NCBI GenBank assembly: GCA_964399425.1
Contig: CAYNQR010000004.1
Span: forward strand, 13,076 to 77,075
Source: an uncultured Dehalococcoidales bacterium
GTDB lineage: Bacteria; Chloroflexota; Dehalococcoidia; Dehalococcoidales; UBA5627
Direction: 5' to 3'
Length of the DNA stretch: 64,000 bases
Shown here: one piece after another, positions 57,918 to 64,000 of the stretch
Layout of the letters: every line of letters begins with the position of its first letter
How positions within the stretch are numbered: the first letter of the stretch is position 1
The notes under the pieces: model-generated
Told to the model about the DNA's origin: nothing
What the model saw: only the letters and a program-made list of their open reading frames with translations
Database searches by the model: none
Translations under genes and position numbers: made by a program

Positions 57918-58314
57918 AAAAAAACCATTAATCATATTTAGTATCGTTTTAGCAATTGTGTTAACTTTATCCGGTTGTACCAAGACTGAATATGTAACGG
58001 TTACAGACACGACAACTCTGCCAGCGGTGACGGTAACCCAAACAGCTACTACGACAATAACCACGACGTTTGAACGCAGTTATTCATATAAACTAATTGA
58101 TGCGCTACTTCTATATATAATCGATGTAGTACAATCGAGAGGATTGCTTGATAAGGTTGCAGGGATAGGAAATGCCGGTGACCATATTTCCTTATTATTT
58201 GATAGGCAAATTAATGATGAAGTCGTAGCTTTAGCCCAGGAAGCAATAGATGCAATAGCACCCGGATTTCCTTTAAAAATTACTGTGGGGACCATAGTTA
58301 CTAAAATAGTCTAG
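57880..58314 (+). CDS. Lipoprotein of unknown function (start uncertain)
   Basis: ..KKPLIIFSIVLAIVLTLSGC lipobox, then a Thr-rich linker TVTDTTTLPAVTVTQTATTTITTT. The in-frame ATG at 57880 overlaps the upstream gene by 38 nt. The better-placed ATG at 57914 is out of frame across an A8 run. Confidence 0.5.
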   Translation: MILSEIFTRHLNEKKPLIIFSIVLAIVLTLSGCTKTEYVTVTDTTTLPAVTVTQTATTTITTTFERSYSYKLIDALLLYIIDVVQSRGLLDKVAGIGNAGDHISLLFDRQINDEVVALAQEAIDAIAPGFPLKITVGTIVTKIV

Positions 58315-58432
58315 CCTTACAAATTGTTTTTATATCGTATTACTTCAAAATACCCCCTTCCCGATTCGGGAGGGGGGTATGATTATTACCAATCGTTACA
58401 ATTGTCTGGCAAATTTTATCGCAAGTTCAATC

Positions 58433-59035
58433 CTAGTCCGTAAAGACGTAGCTGCCTTTCTTTAAATAGGAGTAGAAGGTGAGAATGGTCGAAACCAGTG
58501 CCATATACATCAGGATTGCCAGTAAAATATCCGGGCCAATGTTTAAAATAGCCAGAATCAGGGGCACCAGCCAGAACCAGTAATTCAGTTTGGCGATTTT
58601 GGTGGGGGTGGGAAATTCGAAATCCTTCTTGCGCCTTTTAATAAGGTAGGTAACAATACCGGCAAGGGCGGTAACACCGCCGAGGAGAGCCGGAACGGCG
58701 TAAAGATACGGATTCCAAAATACCAATCCCTCGGTACGGTCGAAACATCCGGCGGCAATCGCCAGGACGAGAGTAGGCATGAACAGGAACTGGTCGGCAA
58801 TCATATCATAGAGGGAACCGAAGCGGCTTTCCTGATTCAACCTTCGGGCTAATTTCCCGTCGAGATAGTCGGTTAAAGCAGCAAATATCAGAATAATCCC
58901 GGCAGCCATAATTTGCTGTGTGCTGCCGAGAGCTAAAAGTATGACTATGATGACTGTGAGAAAGATACGTATTGTAGTGATGACATTGGGAACATTAAGT
59001 TTTACCGTTATATTGGTTTCAGCAGCTATGCTCAA
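58433..59035 (-). CDS. CDP-alcohol phosphatidyltransferase (PgsA-like)
   Basis: Motif DYLDGKLARRLNQESRFGSLYDMIAD = D(x)2DG(x)2AR(x)8G(x)3D(x)3D; multi-TM. Confidence 0.8.
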   Translation of the reverse strand: MSIAAETNITVKLNVPNVITTIRIFLTVIIVILLALGSTQQIMAAGIILIFAALTDYLDGKLARRLNQESRFGSLYDMIADQFLFMPTLVLAIAAGCFDRTEGLVFWNPYLYAVPALLGGVTALAGIVTYLIKRRKKDFEFPTPTKIAKLNYWFWLVPLILAILNIGPDILLAILMYMALVSTILTFYSYLKKGSYVFTD

Positions 59036-59166
59036 TTGCTTTCCCCTTTCTGTAAAAAACGTACGCCGATGCGGTTGTCATCGTAACATATATTGAAATC
59101 AAACGTCAAAAGAACGGCTGTTTAAATCCCATAGAGCCTATTATCTCTCCTGACTTCCCCACGTAG

Positions 59167-59226
59167 GATGTTAAGTTCCGGCTTGCCGGAACGAAATCCC
59201 GATTTATCGTCCCGACATATCGGGAT
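59167..59226 (+). repeat. Family 4 two-hairpin repeat, copy 3
   Basis: gatgttaagttccggcttgccggaacgaaatcccgatttatcgtcccgacatatcgggat. Confidence 0.7.
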
Positions 59227-59404
59227 TCACAAACTCCAGCATGACATAATACTGCCATTGCGAGGAAGGAGTGTAGCGACTGACGCGGCAATCTCTACCA
59301 TTGGATATTTATAGTCTATAACTAATTTAAATTAGCAACCTTGAGATTGCTTCGTCGCCCCGACGGAAATATGGTCGGGGCTTCTCGCAAAGACATTTTA
59401 CTTC

Positions 59405-60181
59405 TTACCCATCTATTGCCTGTCTTGTCTCCCTGATGAACTTGCCAACCGAAGCAAAATCGTCCTCTTTTTCCATCAGCTTGATGATTTGGCTGCCGAT
59501 AATCACCCCGTCCGCTATTTGTGAAACCTGTTTTGCCTGTTCGGGTGTCGAGATGCCGAAGCCGACGCACAGCGGTTTATCGGTGGCTCTTCTGACATCG
59601 GCGATAAAATTATCGATATCGAGTTTCATATCATCCCTCGCACCGGTTACTCCGGTCAGCGATACCATGTAGATAAACCCGCGCGATTTTTCAGCCACCA
59701 GTTTTATACGTTCTTTAGTGCTGGCCGGTGATAACAGATAAATCAGTTCGAGTCCTGTTTTTTCGGTAATATTCTCCAGTTCTCCGCCTTCATCCGGCGT
59801 CAGGTCGGGGACAATCAACCCGTCGATTCCGCTGGCTACGCTATCCTTGCAGAACTTTTCCAGTCCGTAGTGATAAACCGGATTGTAATAAGTCATAAAT
59901 ATCAAGGGAATATCCGTCTTTTTTCTCAACTCCTTAACAAGATCAAGACATATTTTTGTGTTAACGCCGTTTTGCAGAGCGCAGTGGCTGGCATGCTGGA
60001 TAGTGGCGCCGTCCGCCATCGGGTCGGAGAAGGGGATGCCCAGCTCTATAATATCGCAGCCGTTTTCAGCCAGCAGCGGCACAATTTTCAATGTTGATTC
60101 GATACCCGGATAGCCGACGGTCACATAGGCTATGAGAGCTTTATGTCCCTTTTTATTGAATACAGCATCTATGCGGTTCAT
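59405..60181 (-). CDS. trpA: Tryptophan synthase alpha chain
   Basis: 258 aa. [31 protein letters not shown] motifs. 4-nt overlap with trpB. Confidence 0.95.
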   Translation of the reverse strand: MNRIDAVFNKKGHKALIAYVTVGYPGIESTLKIVPLLAENGCDIIELGIPFSDPMADGATIQHASHCALQNGVNTKICLDLVKELRKKTDIPLIFMTYYNPVYHYGLEKFCKDSVASGIDGLIVPDLTPDEGGELENITEKTGLELIYLLSPASTKERIKLVAEKSRGFIYMVSLTGVTGARDDMKLDIDNFIADVRRATDKPLCVGFGISTPEQAKQVSQIADGVIIGSQIIKLMEKEDDFASVGKFIRETRQAIDG

Positions 60182-61365
60182 CTTGTTCCTCCCAGTGCGT
60201 TAATGATGATATCAATGTCCTTGTCGCCTCTGCCGGAAAGGTTGATAACCACTATCTTGTCTTTATCCAGTGTCTTTGCCAGTTCGGCAGCGTAATATAC
60301 GGCGTGTGCTGATTCCAGCGCCGGCATAATGCCTTCGGTGCGGCACAGGAGTTGGAAACCTTCCAGCGTCTGTTTATCGTCTACAGCCACGTATTCGGCG
60401 CGCCCCGTATCGTGCAAAAAGCTGTGCTCCGGTCCGACTCCCGGGTAATCCAGTCCTGCCGATATGCTGTGTGTTTCCATGATCTGCCCATTCTCATCTT
60501 GCAGCAAATATGACCGCGCTCCGTGAAGCATCCCGACTTTTCCCGCACAAATGGTAGCGGCGTGCTTTCCCGTCTCGATACCGCATCCGGCTGCCTCGCA
60601 GCCGATGAGTTTTACATCTTTATCTTTTAAAAACGGGTAGAACATGCCGATGGAGTTGCTGCCGCCGCCGACACAGGCGACGATATAATCGGGCAGCCTT
60701 TTATATTCATTCAACATCTGCTCTCTGGTCTCTTTACCGATGACCGACTGGAAATCCCTGACCATTTGCGGGTAGGGTTTGGGGCCGACCACCGAACCGA
60801 AGAGGAAATAGGTATCGCGCGAGTTGGTGACCCAGTCTCTGATGGCTTCGTTGATGGCGTCTTTGAGCGTGCGGCTGCCGGAACAAACGGGAACTACCTC
60901 AGCGCCCATCTGTTTCATGCGGAAGACATTTAGCGCCTGTCTCCTGACATCCTCTTCACCCATATAGATGACGCACTTGATTGCCAGCATGGCGCAGACT
61001 GCCGCAGTGGCAACCCCGTGCTGGCCGGCTCCCGTTTCGGCGATAATGCGTTGTTTCCCCATCTTCTTAGCCAAAAGTCCCTGTCCGAGGGCGTTGTTAA
61101 CCTTGTGTGCTCCGGTATGCAGCAGGTCCTCCCTTTTTAACAGGATTTTGGCTCCACCGCAGTGCTTTGTCAGGCTTTCGGCATAATATAGAGGCGTCGG
61201 CCTTCCGGAATATACCCTTGACAGCATTTCCAATTTAGTCCAGAAATCACTGTCTTTTTGTAATTTTTCATAGGTGTCTTCGAGTTCATCCAGTACGGGT
61301 ATCAGTGTTTCGGGGACGAAGCGTCCGCCGTATTCTCCGAAATAGCCGTTTTTATCAGGTTTCAT
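60178..61365 (-). CDS. trpB: Tryptophan synthase beta chain
   Basis: 395 aa. PLP-Lys motif [28 protein letters not shown]. Confidence 0.95.
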   Translation of the reverse strand: MKPDKNGYFGEYGGRFVPETLIPVLDELEDTYEKLQKDSDFWTKLEMLSRVYSGRPTPLYYAESLTKHCGGAKILLKREDLLHTGAHKVNNALGQGLLAKKMGKQRIIAETGAGQHGVATAAVCAMLAIKCVIYMGEEDVRRQALNVFRMKQMGAEVVPVCSGSRTLKDAINEAIRDWVTNSRDTYFLFGSVVGPKPYPQMVRDFQSVIGKETREQMLNEYKRLPDYIVACVGGGSNSIGMFYPFLKDKDVKLIGCEAAGCGIETGKHAATICAGKVGMLHGARSYLLQDENGQIMETHSISAGLDYPGVGPEHSFLHDTGRAEYVAVDDKQTLEGFQLLCRTEGIMPALESAHAVYYAAELAKTLDKDKIVVINLSGRGDKDIDIIINALGGTR

Positions 61366-61531
61366 GGTATTCCTCCTTGTTGATTCTAATTATTATTTTC
61401 CCTCATCCGTCATCCCGATACATCGGGTTGACACCTTCCCCCGGGGGAAGGCTTGTTAACTTTTACATGTCCTTATTGTCATGCTGAATTCGTGTCCTTC
61501 GTCAGACTCAGGATGCGCGGATATTATTAGA

Positions 61532-61577
61532 GTCCCGATGAATCGGGATTTCGTTCCGAATTACGGAACTCAACATC
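61532..61577 (-). repeat. Family 4 two-hairpin repeat, copy 4
   Basis: The reverse complement gatgttgagttccgtaattcggaacgaaatcccgattcatcgggac. Confidence 0.7.
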
Positions 61578-61644
61578 CGGGGCGGATTCGTAAATAAATG
61601 TAATACTCTGACAGTTATAAAGTTAGATATGAGCATAATTGTGA

Positions 61645-61805
61645 TAAATCCCCCTTAGTCCCCCTTTTTCCAAGTGGGAGAACAGGTTTAGTTTTAATAG
61701 TAAAGATATACATTGAATAATCGAAAGGCACTTTTTTATAAGTAAAATAGAAGACCTGACAAAGTAGTCACTTCTCCCTTTAGCAAAGGGAGATTGAGAG
61801 GGATT
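61645..61805 (-). mobile_element. MITE-like element, copy L (DAHP synthase - trpB gap), inverted orientation
   Basis: 161 bp. The reverse complement starts aaatccctctcaatctccctttgctaaagggagaa and ends ttctcccacttggaaaaagggggactaagggggattt. Ends are homologous to copies J/K; the interior is more divergent. Confidence 0.6.
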
Positions 61806-61891
61806 TTTATCTATAAATTTTCTTTTCATTATTACTTCCCATCAGAAATGCTTCATTCGTCCTTTACGAATTCAGCATGACAGTTGCTAAA

Positions 61892-62890
61892 TTATCTGTA
61901 AATATATGCTATCTCCTCCATCAGCTTGGCAAACTGCTCGGGAAAGAGCGATTGCATACCGTCGGAAAGGGCGTGCAACGGGTCGTGGTGAACCTCGATT
62001 AACAAACCGTCGGCACCGACTGCGATGGCTGCCCTGGAAAGTGGGATGACATAATCCCTTTTTCCGGCGGCGTGGCTGGGGTCTACCACCACCGGCAGGT
62101 GGCTGGCTTCCTTAATCGAAGGAATGGCGCTGATATCGAGCGTATTGCGCATGTTGTCTGAAAAGGTACGGATTCCTCGCTCGCACAGTATTACACGGTG
62201 GTTGCCGCCTGCCATAATATATTCGGCAGACATTAAAAGTTCATCGATAGTGGCTGCCATTCCCCTTTTTAAGAGTACCGGCTTCTTCGCTTCTCCCGCC
62301 CGTCTTAAAAGCGAATAGTTCTGCATATTGCGCGCGCCGATTTGTATGATATCAGCATACTTTTCCACGTCATCCAGATTCATATGGTCGGTGGCTTCGG
62401 TTATCGTCAGCAGCCCGGTCTCATCATGTACTTTCTTGAGAATTTTAAGACCGTCGCTTCCCATCCCCTGAAAGCTGTAGGGGGATGTCCTCGGCTTGAA
62501 TGCCCCTCCCCTAAAGACGGTCGCCCCGTATTTTTTTACTATTTCAGCGGTGGTGATTGCCTGTTTTTCATTCTCGATGGCGCAGGGGCCTGCCATAATC
62601 ACAGGTTTATTGCTGCCGCCGATTTTAACTCCCTCAATTGTGATAACGGTATCCTGCGGATGCGTTTCGCGGCTGACCAGCTTGTACGGCTTGGTTACCG
62701 GAATCAATTCCTTTACTCCGTCAAGCGGCAGCAGGCGCGATTCCTCGACTGCTCCCTTGTTGCCGAGAATGCATATGGCGGTGCGAATTGCGCCGGGCAT
62801 GGGAACTCCGCGGTAGCCCATATTTTTTATTTCTTCGATAACCCTTTGCACCTGTTCTTCGGTGGCGTCGTTTTTCATTATTACCAGCAT
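61892..62890 (-). CDS. aroF: 3-deoxy-7-phosphoheptulonate (DAHP) synthase, type I-beta with N-terminal ferredoxin-like/ACT regulatory domain
   Basis: 332 aa. N-terminal ~70-aa regulatory-type domain (MLVIMKNDATEEQVQRVIEEIKNMG), then KDO8P/DAHPS-type barrel (GPCAIE, FRGGAFKPRTSPYSFQG, QIGARNMQN, DPSHA). Confidence 0.9.
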   Translation of the reverse strand: MLVIMKNDATEEQVQRVIEEIKNMGYRGVPMPGAIRTAICILGNKGAVEESRLLPLDGVKELIPVTKPYKLVSRETHPQDTVITIEGVKIGGSNKPVIMAGPCAIENEKQAITTAEIVKKYGATVFRGGAFKPRTSPYSFQGMGSDGLKILKKVHDETGLLTITEATDHMNLDDVEKYADIIQIGARNMQNYSLLRRAGEAKKPVLLKRGMAATIDELLMSAEYIMAGGNHRVILCERGIRTFSDNMRNTLDISAIPSIKEASHLPVVVDPSHAAGKRDYVIPLSRAAIAVGADGLLIEVHHDPLHALSDGMQSLFPEQFAKLMEEIAYIYR

Positions 62891-62923
62891 CGTTTTACTC
62901 CTGTATTAATCCTTTTGTTGTTT

Positions 62924-63084
62924 GAAATCTCCCTCACTCCCTCTTTGCCAAAGAGGGAAATGACTATGTTGTTTTGTTCTTCTTTTTAGACGAATAGCAA
63001 TAATATTACGAATAATTATTTTATTAGCTGTATTTAAAGAGAGAGGTATTCTCCCACTTTCAAAAAGGGGGATCAAGGGGGATT
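62924..63084 (+). mobile_element. MITE-like element, copy K (trpF - DAHP synthase gap)
   Basis: 161 bp. Left end aaatctccctcactccctctttgccaaagagggaaa; right end ttctcccactttcaaaaagggggatcaagggggattt. The reverse complement of the right end aligns to the left end over about 35 bp. Collinear with 48689..48838. Confidence 0.65.
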
Positions 63085-63132
63085 TTGGTGCAATACCTAT
63101 TTTCTTCAATCTCTTATCTTTCTTATTAATAA

Positions 63133-63786
63133 TCATTGCCCCTGCATCCTTCTTACCGTATCTATGAAAGACCTTATTTTCTTCATATCTTTTATGCCAT
63201 CTGTTTCTACACCTGTGGAAACATCGACACCCCACGGGCGGGCGGTTTTTATAAGCTGACCGACATTATCCGGCGAAACCCCTCCGGCAACAACAACCGC
63301 ATAGACTGCGGCGATTTCGGCGGCAAGATTCCAGTCGAAAACCTTTCCCGTGCCACCGAAGTTATCACCTGTCTTTGTATCAAGCAGGAAAACAGGTTTA
63401 TATTTCAGAGGAGATTTATAACCGGTTTCTATCTCTCTGATAACCTGTCCTGAATTGCATCCGTCTGATACATGAATTACTTTAATAATCGGAAATTCGA
63501 TATCTTGACAGTAATCCCAGTCTTCATTTCCGCTAAGCTGCACATAATCGAGATGGCAATAACGTGCGGTCTCGTTTACTTCGCAGGCGGGCAGATTTAC
63601 AAAGACCCCGGCGACCAGCGGTCTTTTATCAATGCTGCGGATTACTGCCGTAATCTGCAGTGCCTTTTCCTTATCTACCCGGCGTTTGCTTTCGGCAAAG
63701 ACAAGCCCGATAAAATCAGCGCCGGCGATGGCTGCCGCAACAGCATGCTCGGCTTGTGTAATCCCGCATATCTTCACTTTCGTCAT
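63133..63786 (-). CDS. trpF: Phosphoribosylanthranilate isomerase
   Basis: MTKVKICGIT.., GADFIGLVF, VQLSGNE, AGGVSPDNV motifs. ATGA overlap with trpC. Confidence 0.9.
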   Translation of the reverse strand: MTKVKICGITQAEHAVAAAIAGADFIGLVFAESKRRVDKEKALQITAVIRSIDKRPLVAGVFVNLPACEVNETARYCHLDYVQLSGNEDWDYCQDIEFPIIKVIHVSDGCNSGQVIREIETGYKSPLKYKPVFLLDTKTGDNFGGTGKVFDWNLAAEIAAVYAVVVAGGVSPDNVGQLIKTARPWGVDVSTGVETDGIKDMKKIRSFIDTVRRMQGQ

Positions 63787-64000
63787 CGCAGTTGCCTCAT
63801 CTTTGCAGCTATATCAGTACTGGAAACCAGAGCTTCGCCGACCAGGAAATTGGTTACGCCGCAGGATTGCAGATCATAAATATCTTCCTTACTGCCGATA
63901 CCGCTTTCGCTGACGACGATTTTATCTTCCGGTATCAGCTTTTTAAGTCTTTTTGTAATGTTGATATCCGTTTTAAATGTACGCAGGTCGCGGTTATTGA
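63783..64000 (-). CDS. trpC: Indole-3-glycerol phosphate synthase, C-terminal part (5' end outside window)
   Basis: The minus-strand frame reads ..NNRDLRTFKTDINITKRLKKLIPEDKIVVSESGIGSKEDIYDLQSCGVTNFLVGEALVSSTDIAAKMRQLR*, matching the TrpC INNRDL / SESGI / FLVGE motifs. Confidence 0.85.
   Translation of the reverse strand, partial: NNRDLRTFKTDINITKRLKKLIPEDKIVVSESGIGSKEDIYDLQSCGVTNFLVGEALVSSTDIAAKMRQLR

Overview
This 64-kb chromosomal segment is densely packed with about 65 housekeeping CDS on both strands.

**Gene content**
- Energy and cofactors: a K+-dependent-type membrane pyrophosphatase, thiamine genes (ThiD2-ThiE fusion; TPP riboswitch plus thiC) and pdxS.
- Amino-acid synthesis: proA and proB (not adjacent), an arginine cluster (argJ-argB-argD-x-argG-argH) and part of a trp/aro operon (trpC-trpF-DAHP synthase-trpB-trpA).
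- DNA repair and other core functions: mfd, recG, argS, rpmB, rpmF, mnmA, rsmG, nusB, rph, rnhB, tmk and the DegV-DegV-YloV cluster.
- I recognised no rRNA, tRNA, CRISPR array, transposase, integrase, phage gene or known defence system.
- Gene content suggests an uncultured anaerobe, possibly Chloroflexota/Dehalococcoidia-like. This is inference only and no search was possible.

**Accessory patches**
- Two visibly AT-rich patches (about 1-1700 and 56250-58320) encode exported proteins and lipoproteins with Thr-rich linkers.
- The first is followed by an ABC-2 exporter with tandemly duplicated permeases.

**Unusual content, mostly non-coding**
1. A 64-nt element is conserved (58/64) upstream of two unrelated exported-protein genes 55 kb apart. 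It could be a leader mini-ORF or a switch-like RNA.
2. A 150-161-bp MITE-like element with about 35-bp terminal inverted repeats has three full copies and one solo end. All full copies sit inside arg/trp operon gaps, and two inverted copies bracket the DAHP synthase gene.
3. At least five further families of short hairpin modules fill nearly every intergenic gap over 200 bp and generate many spurious ORFs.

**Minor items**
- tandem small paralogs of unknown function
- an orphan EncFtn-like ferritin
- a bacterial translin-like gene
- a CRP-type operator at class II distance from a ferredoxin gene
- a decayed MBL-hydrolase remnant
- an A8 tract that separates a lipoprotein gene from its best start codon

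I did not find a convincing multi-gene novel system. The candidates above are hypotheses that need database and transcript checks.
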